In this document: one piece after another, positions 1-8,346 of the stretch
How positions within the stretch are numbered: the stretch's first letter is position 1
Layout: the number at the start of each line of letters is the position of its first letter
Assembly (NCBI RefSeq): GCF_001866005.1
Contig: NZ_MLQR01000001.1
Span: 661,106-701,105, forward strand
DNA length: 40,000 nt
From: Anaerobacillus alkalilacustris
GTDB lineage: Bacteria; Bacillota; Bacilli; Bacillales; Anaerobacillaceae
Direction of reading: 5' to 3'
The notes under the pieces: model-generated
The model's database searches: none
Told to the model about the DNA's origin: nothing
The model's input: the letters and a program-made list of their open reading frames with translations, nothing else
Position numbers and translations under genes: made by a program

Positions 1-360
1 CGATTCTTGTTCAATGACCCGTAGCGTTTCTTCTAACGTACGAATATTCGACTTGAACACTTTTTCAGCTACAGCTTTTTCATCATCCCCTACTTGAATT
101 TTTTCATGTATATTATTCATCGGGGTTACAACCTCAGAAGCTAGAGCGATTTTCATGGCCTGGTAGCCTTTAAATCCAATCCGTTTACAAAAACGAAAAA
201 CAGTAGCTTCAGCAACGCCTAGATCCTCGGCAACTTGGTTGATGGTTGAATGAATAATGTTTTTAGGACTATCCATAATATAATCAGCTATCTTTTTCTC
301 TTTATCACTAAAATCAGAGTACGATGATTTTATTCGAGCAATACAATGTGTTTGAATCAT
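1..360 (-). CDS. MurR/RpiR-family transcriptional regulator, N-terminal HTH part (gene runs off the left edge of the window)
   Basis: Absent from the ORF track because it is open at the window edge. Reverse-strand translation from ATG (360-358) reads MIQTHCIARIKSSYSDFSDKEKKIADYIMDSPKNIIHSTINQVAEDLGVAEATVFRFCKRIGFKGYQAMKIALASEV..., a typical RpiR HTH N-terminus. GAGGAG RBS (complement of 369-374) lies 8 nt upstream. Confidence 0.8.
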   Translation of the reverse strand, partial: MIQTHCIARIKSSYSDFSDKEKKIADYIMDSPKNIIHSTINQVAEDLGVAEATVFRFCKRIGFKGYQAMKIALASEVVTPMNNIHEKIQVGDDEKAVAEKVFKSNIRTLEETLRVIEQES

Positions 361-404
361 TTTAAACACTCCTCGCTAAAAATTAGGATCTACCTATATA
401 ATAT

Positions 405-419
405 ATGAAAACGGTTAAT
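405..419. promoter_or_regulatory. cre-like CcpA operator (one mismatch) in the divergent rpiR / gnd-like intergenic region
   Basis: ATGAAAACGGTTAAT compared with the cre consensus WTGNAANCGNWNNCW; mismatch only at the penultimate C. Confidence 0.3.
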
Positions 420-445
420 AAAAAAATATTTTTTCGTAAAAAGTC

Positions 446-473
446 TTGAAAAAGAAAAAATTTATCATATAAT
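446..473 (+). promoter_or_regulatory. Candidate sigma-A promoter for the plus-strand sugar-acid operon
   Basis: TTGAAA (446-451), 16-nt spacer, TATAAT (468-473), about 120 nt upstream of the ATG at 595. Confidence 0.3.
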
Positions 474-594
474 AAAACTTGTAAGGAAATTTATTTCATA
501 ATACTAAAAGCGAAACAAAATTTCACCCTTACATTCATGTATTTTAAAAAGACGGATTTTTCAAAAAAAAACGGCTTTTAAAAAGGAGGAAGCA

Positions 595-1490
595 ATGAAA
601 CTAGGAATGATTGGCCTCGGTAAGATGGGTTACAACTTGGCATTAAACATCATAGATAACGGTCATTCAATAGTTGGTACAGATGTAGATGCTGAACTAG
701 TAAAAAAAATTACTACAGATGGTGGCGATGGTGTTCATACAATTGAAGAACTCGTAAAACAACTTCCGACACCTAGAGTTATATGGGTTATGGTTCCACC
801 TGGTGAAGTAACGGGACAGGTAATAAAAAAATTGTCTGAATTATTATTAGATGGTGATATTGTCATAGACGGTGGGAATTCTCATTACCAAGATTCAATC
901 CAACGAAGTGCTTTACTAAAGGAGAAAGGAATTTTCTTCTTTGATATTGGTACAAGTGGTGGAATAGCAGGTGCAAGAAAAGGCGCTTGCACAATGATAG
1001 GTGGAGATCCTGAAGTATTTAAAACAATAGAACCACTATTTAAAGATATTTCAGTTGAAAATGGCTATTTATATACTGGTCCAGTTGGTAGTGGACACTT
1101 TTTAAAAATGATCCATAATGGCATCGAATATGGTATGATGCAATCTATCGCAGAAGGATTTGACATTCTTAAAAAAGTCAATTTGATTATGATTATGAAT
1201 CTGTTGCGAAAGTATGGAACAATGGTTCAGTAATCAGATCTTGGTTAGTGGAATTGACACAAGCAGCTTTTTCAAAGGATGCTAACTTAGAAGAAATTCG
1301 TGGTGTGATGCACTCATCTGGTGAAGGAAAATGGACAGTTGAGACAGCGCTTGATTTACAAGTTGCAGCACCTGTAACAGCTTTAGCATTGATGATGCGT
1401 TATCGATCGCTAGAGGATGATACTTTTACAGGAAAAGTCGTAGCTGCACTTAGAAATGAATTTGGTGGTCATGCAGTAGAAAAAAAATAG
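595..1490 (+). pseudogene. Short-form decarboxylating 6-phosphogluconate dehydrogenase (Gnd-like/YqeC type, ~298 aa), split by a 1-nt frameshift in an A6 run at 1171-1176
   Basis: ORFs 595-1233 and 1248-1490 carry 6PGDH hallmarks (GLGKMG Rossmann motif, GGNSHY, GTSGG, HNGIEYG, SGEGKWT, ALRNEFGGH). The second frame is open from 1176 and reads SQFDYDYESVAKVWNNGSVIRSWLVELTQ..., which continues the protein exactly. The first frame turns into LIMIMNLLRKYGTMVQ* after the A run. Confidence 0.85.
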
Positions 1491-1520
1491 AGATATAAGA
1501 TCAAAAAAATTTAATTATAA

Positions 1521-1535
1521 ATGGAAACGTTAACA
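1521..1535. promoter_or_regulatory. cre site (CcpA operator), full match to consensus
   Basis: ATGGAAACGTTAACA fits WTGNAANCGNWNNCW at every constrained position. It lies between the gnd-like gene and the TRAP binding-protein gene. Confidence 0.45.
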
Positions 1536-1629
1536 AAGTTGTCAAAGAAATTGAGAATGAGTTGCTAAAATTGGAATGCTTCTTTAATTCCATTTTAATA
1601 AAATAAAAATTTCAAGGGGGAAACCTGAG

Positions 1630-2679
1630 ATGAAGAAAAAGTTAGGGTTAATGTTAAGTACTGCGGTGTTGGCAATTGGTTTAGTAGCATGTGGTGGGGG
1701 AAGCCAAAGCTCGACAACAGAGACAGACCCATCATCAGACGCAAAAGTAGAGACAAAAACGATGCGTGCTGGTATTGGTCTAAATGATCAACATCCTCAG
1801 TACAAGGGCTTACTTAAGTTTAAAGAAATTGTAGAAGAAAAGACTGATGGAGCAATTAAAGTCGAAACATATCATAGTGGACAACTTGGTGACGATCGTA
1901 CGATGATCGAAGGGTTACAATTAGGTTCACAGGAAATTACAATTCCATCAACTGCAGTTATTGCTAACTTTGTTCCTGAATTTGCTGTATTTGATATTCC
2001 ATTCTTATTCCCAAATGAAAAAGTTGCTGATGCTGTTTTAGGTGGTGAAGTAGGAGAAGGATTATTAGAAAAATTAGAAGCACAAAACTTAGTAGGGTTA
2101 GGTTACTGGGAAAATGGTTTCCGAGACTTAACAAACAGTGTTCGTCCAGTAGCTACAGCGGAAGATTTCAGAGGGTTAAAAATTCGTACAATGGAAAATC
2201 AATTGCATTTAGAAGCGTTTCGCGCTTTAGGTGCTAATCCAACACCAATGGCCTTCACTGAGTTATTTGCTGCGATGCAACAAAGAACAGTAGATGGACA
2301 AGAAAACCCTTATTCAACTATTTATTTGCAAAAGTACTTTGAAGTTCAAGAGTATGTGTCTAATACTCACCACATCTATAGCCCATGGTCATTTTTAGTG
2401 AGTAAGCCGTTCTTTGATGGGTTAACTCCAGAACAACAAGAAATTGTTACGGAAGCTGCTTATGCCGCAGGTGCTTACCAACGTGAAATGAATCGTGAGG
2501 CTAGTGCAGAATATTTAGCTAACTTACAAGAAGAAGGTATGATTTTCACAGAAATTACTCCAGAAGCACGTCAAGAAATGGTAGATCTTGTACAACCGGT
2601 AATTGAAAAATTCACAGATCAAATTGGTAGAGAAACAGTAGAAGCCGTATTTGACGCTGTAACAGAAGCTCAAAAATAA
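1630..2679 (+). CDS. TRAP transporter solute-binding protein, DctP family, lipoprotein
   Basis: Signal peptide with lipobox (LVAC-GG). DctP-family length and motifs (YWENGFRDLTN, ENPYST). GGGGGA RBS upstream. Followed by the DctQ and DctM genes. Confidence 0.9.
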   Translation: MKKKLGLMLSTAVLAIGLVACGGGSQSSTTETDPSSDAKVETKTMRAGIGLNDQHPQYKGLLKFKEIVEEKTDGAIKVETYHSGQLGDDRTMIEGLQLGSQEITIPSTAVIANFVPEFAVFDIPFLFPNEKVADAVLGGEVGEGLLEKLEAQNLVGLGYWENGFRDLTNSVRPVATAEDFRGLKIRTMENQLHLEAFRALGANPTPMAFTELFAAMQQRTVDGQENPYSTIYLQKYFEVQEYVSNTHHIYSPWSFLVSKPFFDGLTPEQQEIVTEAAYAAGAYQREMNREASAEYLANLQEEGMIFTEITPEARQEMVDLVQPVIEKFTDQIGRETVEAVFDAVTEAQK

Positions 2680-2684
2680 TAGAT

Positions 2685-2720
2685 TAGGAGAGAAGGTATT
2701 TTTAAACACCTTCTCTCCTA
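2685..2720 (+). other. Perfect 13-bp stem-loop directly after the dctP-like stop, without a U tract
   Basis: TAGGAGAGAAGGT (2685-2697) pairs with ACCTTCTCTCCTA (2708-2720). It is followed by an A run, not a T run. Confidence 0.6.
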
Positions 2721-2727
2721 TAAAAAA

Positions 2728-2788
2728 AGGAAAGCAAAAGTGTATATCTGTTTTCTACCCATACATAGGTGTACAGCTTTGCTTTCCT
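2728..2788 (+). other. Second inverted repeat in the dctP-dctQ spacer (11-bp arms, ~39-nt loop)
   Basis: AGGAAAGCAAA (2728-2738) pairs with TTTGCTTTCCT (2778-2788). Confidence 0.5.
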
Positions 2789-2840
2789 TAAATGAAATGG
2801 GAGTAGTTATTTTTAGTATAAATGGAAAGAGGGGAACAAA

Positions 2841-3365
2841 ATGAAAGTATTAAAGTGGTTAGATGATCATACGGAAGAAGTTATTTTAGGAATTTTCTCG
2901 GTCATTATGGTTGCTGTAATCTTTTTACAAGTAATTATGCGTTATGTTTTTGACAACTCACTTTCATGGTCTGAGGAACTAGCACGCTACTGTTTTATCT
3001 GGCTCGTTTATATTGGTATTAGTTACGGAGTCAAAAAGCAGCGTCATATAAAAGTAGATGTATTACTTTTATTATTCAAAGATAAAGCTAGGTTAATCTT
3101 TACGATTATTTCTAACCTTTTATTCTTATTCTTTTGTTTATTTGTTATTAAATATGGATCAGACATAGCATTTAAACTACTAGAATGGGGACAGAAATCC
3201 CCTGCAAACCAAATCCCGATGGGGCTTGTATATTTAGCGGCACCAGTTGGAATGGGATTAACCGCCATCCGAATTATTCAACACTTAGTGAAACAAATTA
3301 GAGGATTACTAGGTTTTGAAGAGATTGATATTAAAACCACTCAAGAAAAATTACAAGAGGAGTAG
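2841..3365 (+). CDS. TRAP transporter small permease, DctQ family
   Basis: 174 aa with four predicted TM segments. Located between the DctP and DctM genes. GAGGGG RBS upstream. Confidence 0.85.
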   Translation: MKVLKWLDDHTEEVILGIFSVIMVAVIFLQVIMRYVFDNSLSWSEELARYCFIWLVYIGISYGVKKQRHIKVDVLLLLFKDKARLIFTIISNLLFLFFCLFVIKYGSDIAFKLLEWGQKSPANQIPMGLVYLAAPVGMGLTAIRIIQHLVKQIRGLLGFEEIDIKTTQEKLQEE

Positions 3366-3377
3366 GAGGCGAGATTT

Positions 3378-4646
3378 ATGGTTGCAGTAGTTTTGTTCGT
3401 TACATTTGCTGTTTTTCTTTTATTAAGTGTTCCAATTGGGGTAGCCCTTGGGTTATCAACATTAGTTACTATTGTTTATTCAGGTTCATTACCATTAGAC
3501 TTTCTAGCAAAAGAATTAATAACATCAGTAGATTCGTTTCCATTAATGGCCGTACCGTTTTTCATTCTTGCTGGTGAAATTATGGGTAAAGGTGGGATTT
3601 CAGATCGCCTATTTCGCGTAGCTAATTCCCTTGTTGGAAATAAAACGGGTGGATTTGCGATTGCTACAATTATTACTTGTATGTTCTTTGCCGCTATTTC
3701 AGGTTCTGCTCCAGCAACAGTAGCAGCTATTGGGGGGATTATGATCCCGGCAATGGTTAAGCAAGGTTATGATAAGCGGTTTGCTACTGCGGTAGTTTGT
3801 GCTGCAGGGTCATTAGGAGTTATTATTCCACCAAGTATTCCTATGGTTATTTATGGTGTAGTTGGAAGTGTATCGATTGCTAATATGTTTATTGCTGGTA
3901 TTTTGCCAGGTTTACTAGTTGGTTTTGCACTTATTGTTTACGCATACTTTTATTCAAAAAAGATGGGTTATACAGGTTTAAAAGAAAAAACATCACTTGC
4001 TAACATAGCTAGATCAACATGGGATGCTAAATGGGCACTGTTAATTCCAGTCATCATTTTAGGTGGTATTTACGGTGGGATCTTTACACCTACAGAGGCA
4101 GCAGTTATTGCAGTTGTTTATGGTCTTATCGCTGGATTATTCTTTTACCGTGAATTAAAGATTAAAGATTTACCAAGTGTGTTTGCTAATTCGGCACTTA
4201 CAACAGCTACCATCTTAATAATTGTTGGAACAGCTACAGCATTTGGAAGACTACTAACAATTGAACAAGTTCCGAATCAAGTTGCTGAAGCAATGTTATC
4301 AATCTCGGAAAGTCCGATTGTTATTATCTTATTAATTACTTTATTATTATTGATTGTTGGCTGTTTCATGGATACATTAGCTGCCATTATTATTTTAACA
4401 CCAATTTTATTACCAATTGCTACAAACATAGGATATGACCCAATTCACTTTGGTATCATTATGGTCTTAAATTTAGCCATAGGCTTTATTACTCCACCAC
4501 TTGGAGTGAACTTGTTTGTTGGATCTGGTATTTCGGGGTTATCGATTGAAGCGTTATCAAAAGCAATCATTCCATTTTTCTTAGTTATGTTATTTACGTT
4601 ATTTATCGTTATTTTCTTACCACAAATCTCACTGATTTTTCTATAG
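3378..4646 (+). CDS. TRAP transporter large permease, DctM family
   Basis: 422 aa polytopic membrane protein with typical DctM sequence (FPLMAVPFFILAGEIMGKGGIS, ISGSAPATVAAIG). Tightly coupled to dctQ by a 12-nt gap. Confidence 0.9.
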   Translation: MVAVVLFVTFAVFLLLSVPIGVALGLSTLVTIVYSGSLPLDFLAKELITSVDSFPLMAVPFFILAGEIMGKGGISDRLFRVANSLVGNKTGGFAIATIITCMFFAAISGSAPATVAAIGGIMIPAMVKQGYDKRFATAVVCAAGSLGVIIPPSIPMVIYGVVGSVSIANMFIAGILPGLLVGFALIVYAYFYSKKMGYTGLKEKTSLANIARSTWDAKWALLIPVIILGGIYGGIFTPTEAAVIAVVYGLIAGLFFYRELKIKDLPSVFANSALTTATILIIVGTATAFGRLLTIEQVPNQVAEAMLSISESPIVIILLITLLLLIVGCFMDTLAAIIILTPILLPIATNIGYDPIHFGIIMVLNLAIGFITPPLGVNLFVGSGISGLSIEALSKAIIPFFLVMLFTLFIVIFLPQISLIFL

Positions 4647-4683
4647 TAAATAAAATGTAAATATTATCTTAAGGAGGTAACTG

Positions 4684-4947
4684 ATGGTGGCTAAAGAATG
4701 TAGCAAGGAAATTGTCGTAAACATAACAGAAGAGCAAACCATTACAGGTTTAAGTAATTCTATTCAACCACTTGAGTCAGAAATATTTTTAAAAAAGATG
4801 GTACGTGGGATGATTATTGAAGTAAACTTAAAAAGTTTTCTCGGATTAATTACATTGCAGTTGAAGAATGGCGACAAAATCCAGGTTCGTGCTGTTGGAG
4901 ATGACTGTGAGACTGCAATACAAGAAGTTGTAAATTACCTAACTTAA
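4684..4947 (+). CDS. HPr-like (PTS phosphocarrier fold) protein with no histidine; Ser46-type motif retained
   Basis: VNLKSFLGLITLQLKNGDKIQVRAVGDDCETAIQEV aligns with B. subtilis HPr [36 protein letters not shown]. The 87-aa protein contains no His at all. AAGGAGG RBS lies 6 nt upstream. Confidence 0.7.
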   Translation: MVAKECSKEIVVNITEEQTITGLSNSIQPLESEIFLKKMVRGMIIEVNLKSFLGLITLQLKNGDKIQVRAVGDDCETAIQEVVNYLT

Positions 4948-4960
4948 TAACACAACAAAG

Positions 4961-5000
4961 AAAAAGCGGTATGTACATTAGTGTACCGCTTTTCTTTGTA
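4961..5000 (+). terminator. Rho-independent terminator ending the gnd-like/TRAP/HPr-like operon
   Basis: AAAGCGGTA (4963-4971) pairs with TACCGCTTT (4984-4992), followed by TTTCTTTGT. Confidence 0.7.
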
Positions 5001-5004
5001 CCAA

Positions 5005-5160
5005 GGTAAGAAGGTATAAAATTTCTTACTTAGAAACTGTCTAGCTCCAGGCGCCATCGGCTCGACCACTTCAGGCCTACTCTTTCGGCCAAAAAACGAC
5101 CGCTAGAGTAGGCCTTCCAGTGTTTGTCGCCGATAGGCGGGCGCCTTGCGCTTTTCTTAT
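5005..5160 (+). repeat. Structured intergenic repeat, short form (156 bp), copy G; the only copy in plus polarity
   Basis: GGTAAGAAGGTATAAAATTTCTTACTTAGAAACTGTCTAGCTCCAGGCGCC...GGCGCCTTGCGCTTTTCTTAT is the reverse complement of the consensus seen at 27180-27491. Central perfect 11-bp stem at 5073-5083 / 5105-5115. Confidence 0.85.
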
Positions 5161-5177
5161 GGTGGGAGGTATTTAGG

Positions 5178-6131
5178 GTGGATGTTGTAACAATAGGTGA
5201 AACAATGGTGTTATTTACACCGATAACAAACGGACCAATGAGATATGCAGGGCAATTTACACGTAGTTTTGGAGGTTCTGAATCTAATTTTGCCATTGGC
5301 TTGGCTCGTTTAGGTCATAAAGTTGGCTGGATAAGTCGAGTTGGAGATGATGAATTTGGTAGGGCGTTAATTTCTTTTGTTCGTGGAGAAGGAGTTGATG
5401 TAAGTTACGTATCGGTCGATGAAAGTGCTCAAACAGGTGTGTTTTTTAAGGAAATTAAGACAGAACAAAATATTTCGGTTTATTATTATCGGAGTGGTTC
5501 AGCAGCTTCAAGAATGTCACCTGATCTCATTGATGAAGATTATATAAAAAAAGCAAGGTATTTGCATATTTCAGGAATTACACCTGCTTTAAGTGATAGT
5601 TGTTATGAGACTGTTCATAAAGCAATTGATATAGCTAAAAAGCATAAGGTTCAGGTGATTTTTGATCCAAACGTTCGGCGCAAGCTGTGGAGTGAAGAAC
5701 GTGCCCGAGAAGTGCTTATTGAACTAGTTAGTCGCTCAGACATTGTTTTACCAGGAATTACAGAAGCTGAATTTATGTTTGGAGATAAAGGTCCTGAATT
5801 GTTAGGAAAGAAAATCTTAACCCTTGGAGCAAAGCTTGTAGTTTTGAAAGTTGGTGCTAAAGGTGCCTACTATTTTACTGATGATCATCATGAATTAGTT
5901 CCAAGTATAAAGGTGCAACATGTTGTAGATCCAGTGGGCGCAGGGGATGGTTTTGCAGCGGGATTTATATCAGGACTACTTGACGGTCTTACAACTAGAG
6001 AGTCCGTTGCTAGAGGTTGTGCGACTGGAGCAATAGTTACGATGTATCGAGGAGATTTTGAAGGTCTTCCGACAAAGCAAGAATTATTGGATTTTACTAG
6101 TGATAAGGCGGTAGATGATGTTACAAGATAA
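5178..6131 (+). CDS. PfkB-family sugar-acid kinase, 2-dehydro-3-deoxygluconokinase (KdgK)-like; could equally be a 2-ketogluconate-type kinase
   Basis: VDVVTIGETMVLF N-terminus, GGSESNFAIGLARLG, and the DPVGAGDGF nucleotide-binding motif. Start refined to GTG 5178 with a GGGAGG RBS at 5164-5169. The ORF-track extension from 5124 runs through the repeat element. Confidence 0.85.
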   Translation: MDVVTIGETMVLFTPITNGPMRYAGQFTRSFGGSESNFAIGLARLGHKVGWISRVGDDEFGRALISFVRGEGVDVSYVSVDESAQTGVFFKEIKTEQNISVYYYRSGSAASRMSPDLIDEDYIKKARYLHISGITPALSDSCYETVHKAIDIAKKHKVQVIFDPNVRRKLWSEERAREVLIELVSRSDIVLPGITEAEFMFGDKGPELLGKKILTLGAKLVVLKVGAKGAYYFTDDHHELVPSIKVQHVVDPVGAGDGFAAGFISGLLDGLTTRESVARGCATGAIVTMYRGDFEGLPTKQELLDFTSDKAVDDVTR

Positions 6132-6155
6132 TAAGTTTTAAAGAGGGTTAATTTT

Positions 6156-7052
6156 ATGGAAATATTCTTTCAGGTCGTACTTCCGGTTATCTTAGTATTC
6201 TTGATCGGATACGTGGTTCAGAAATGGAAAAAGGTTGAAATTACATCTATTTCTACGATTGCTATATATGTTATGACACCTTGTTTAGTTTTTCGAACGT
6301 TTTATTCAGCAGAACTTGATTTGCAATATTTATACATGGTGATATTTTCAGTTATTTTACTGGTGGCTATTATTTTAATAAATAAAATCTATGCCAAAGT
6401 AAAAGGACATTCTCAGTCAATTGAAAGTGGTTTAATCCTTTCAACAGCTTTTATGAACTCTGGAAATTACGGTGCCCCAATTATTTTATTTGCTTATGGC
6501 GAAATTGGTTTTGCTTACTCCGTGTCTTTTCTGGTATTACAAGCAATTATTATGAATTTTTTCGGAGTTTATTATGCTGCTCGCGGTAAAGCAAATATTA
6601 GAGTATCTGTCCGTTCCGTTTTTGAAATGCCAGCTACATATGCAGTCATCGTTGCCTTAATTTTAAAAGGATTACATTTAGAATTACCTAGTAACTTGTA
6701 TCAAACAGTTGATATTATTGCAGATGCTACAATTCCAACGGTAATGGTGATTTTAGGGATGCAGTTAGCAAATATTCAGTGGACGAAGTTTGAATGGGGT
6801 CATATTTCTTTTGGAGTGATTATCCGATTAATCATCTCACCGCTGATCGCATATGGCATCACATTATTATTCCCGTTTGATCCATTACTTGCCAAAGTGC
6901 TAATAGTCTCGGCAGCCATGCCTTCTGCAGCAACTATAGTCATGTATGCAGTTCAGTTTAATGCAAAGCCGAGATTAGTTTCTGCTATTACGTTGGTGAC
7001 GACCATTATAAGTATTTTTACGATTACTATTTTACTAGCTATTTTAGGTTAA
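6156..7052 (+). CDS. AEC (auxin efflux carrier) family membrane transporter
   Basis: 298 aa with ~10 TM segments. Typical AEC-family N-terminus (VLPVILVFLIGY) and architecture. Confidence 0.75.
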   Translation: MEIFFQVVLPVILVFLIGYVVQKWKKVEITSISTIAIYVMTPCLVFRTFYSAELDLQYLYMVIFSVILLVAIILINKIYAKVKGHSQSIESGLILSTAFMNSGNYGAPIILFAYGEIGFAYSVSFLVLQAIIMNFFGVYYAARGKANIRVSVRSVFEMPATYAVIVALILKGLHLELPSNLYQTVDIIADATIPTVMVILGMQLANIQWTKFEWGHISFGVIIRLIISPLIAYGITLLFPFDPLLAKVLIVSAAMPSAATIVMYAVQFNAKPRLVSAITLVTTIISIFTITILLAILG

Positions 7053-7065
7053 GGAGTGAGTGGTT

Positions 7066-8058
7066 ATGTATAAAGTAGTTATTACAGATTATGAATATAG
7101 TAGCTTAGCACCTGAAAAAGAAGTATTGAGAAAGATAGGAGTAGAGTTAACAGCTGTCCAATGTCAAACAGAGGAAGAGGTTATCGAGGCATGTAAAGAC
7201 GCAGATGCCTTATTAAACCAGTATGCACCAATTACGAGAAAGGTAATTGAGAAGCTTGAGAACTGTAAAGTCATTGCCCGTTTCGGAGTTGGTGTTAATA
7301 CGATTGACATAGGTGCGGCTACAGAAAAAGGTATCATCGTTAGTAATGTTACAGATTATTGTATTGATGAAGTATCAGACCACGCCTTTGCATTATTGAT
7401 AAGTGCAGCAAGGAAGGTAGTACTATTGAATAAGGAAGTAAAAAAGGGAGTTTGGAATTTTAATGTTGGTGTTCCAATTTTTCGGTTAAAAGGACGCGTG
7501 TTAGGTTTAGTTGGCTTTGGTCAAATTCCTCAAGCTCTTGCAAAAAAAGCACAAGCATTTGGACTACAAGTTAAGGCGTTTGATCCGTTTGTCCCTATAG
7601 ATGTAGCCGAAAAATTGAATGTCCAGCTACTTAGTTTAAGTGAACTATGTAAAGTATCTGATTTTATATCCGTTCATGCTCCTCTTAATGAGCATACTTG
7701 TGGAATGATCGGTGATGCACAATTTGATTTAATGAAAAAAGAGGCTTTTATTATTAATACTGCAAGAGGTGCTGTTATTAATGAAAAAGCTCTAATTAAA
7801 GCCTTACAAGAAGAGAAAGTTGCCGGTGCAGCAATTGATGTAGTTGAACAAGAACCAATAAATTTAGATAATCCTTTACTCAAAATGGAGAATGTTATTA
7901 TAAACCCACACGTTGCTTGGTATTCAGAAGAAGCACAGGAAGAGTTAAAACGAAAAACAGCTCAAAATGTTGTAGATGTACTGAGTGGTTATTTCCCAAG
8001 ATATATAGTAAACAATTCAGTAAAAGATTTACTAGATTTAAAAGTGATGTGCAAATAA
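7066..8058 (+). CDS. D-isomer-specific 2-hydroxyacid dehydrogenase, NAD(P)-dependent (glyoxylate/hydroxypyruvate/2-keto-acid reductase class)
   Basis: GLVGFGQIPQALAKKA Rossmann motif, then INTARG...D, then HVAW catalytic His. Start refined to ATG 7066, 9 nt after an AAGGAG RBS at 7051-7056. Confidence 0.85.
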   Translation: MYKVVITDYEYSSLAPEKEVLRKIGVELTAVQCQTEEEVIEACKDADALLNQYAPITRKVIEKLENCKVIARFGVGVNTIDIGAATEKGIIVSNVTDYCIDEVSDHAFALLISAARKVVLLNKEVKKGVWNFNVGVPIFRLKGRVLGLVGFGQIPQALAKKAQAFGLQVKAFDPFVPIDVAEKLNVQLLSLSELCKVSDFISVHAPLNEHTCGMIGDAQFDLMKKEAFIINTARGAVINEKALIKALQEEKVAGAAIDVVEQEPINLDNPLLKMENVIINPHVAWYSEEAQEELKRKTAQNVVDVLSGYFPRYIVNNSVKDLLDLKVMCK

Positions 8059-8067
8059 AATAATTAA

Positions 8068-8107
8068 TAAAACCAATCTGGAATTCTGGGGATTGGTTTC
8101 TTGTTTA
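8068..8107 (+). terminator. Rho-independent terminator after the dehydrogenase gene
   Basis: AAACCAATC (8070-8078) pairs with GATTGGTTT (8091-8099), followed by CTTGTTT. Confidence 0.6.
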
Positions 8108-8346
8108 TGGAATTTTTAAGAATAAAAAACTGTTATAAATGGCATAAAACGTATTGTTATTGATACAACTTTATTAAGTGAGAAGGAAATTTACTACTTT
8201 TGAAGGGGAATATTAGTTAACTGGAGAAAGTAAAATTATCAGCCAATTGCATAATTTGGGAGTTACTGAAAATATCATAAAAAAGAGGATTCCTTAAAAA
8301 AATAAAAATCATCACAACATGTACGTTGTTGTAGCGATTAGTTAGG

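Noticed and set aside
5030-5296. Minus-strand ORF of 88 aa, and the N-terminal extension of the plus-strand kinase ORF from 5124.
   Set aside because: Both are read through the GC-rich repeat element at 5005-5160. The kinase has a proper RBS and GTG at 5178, and its homology starts there.
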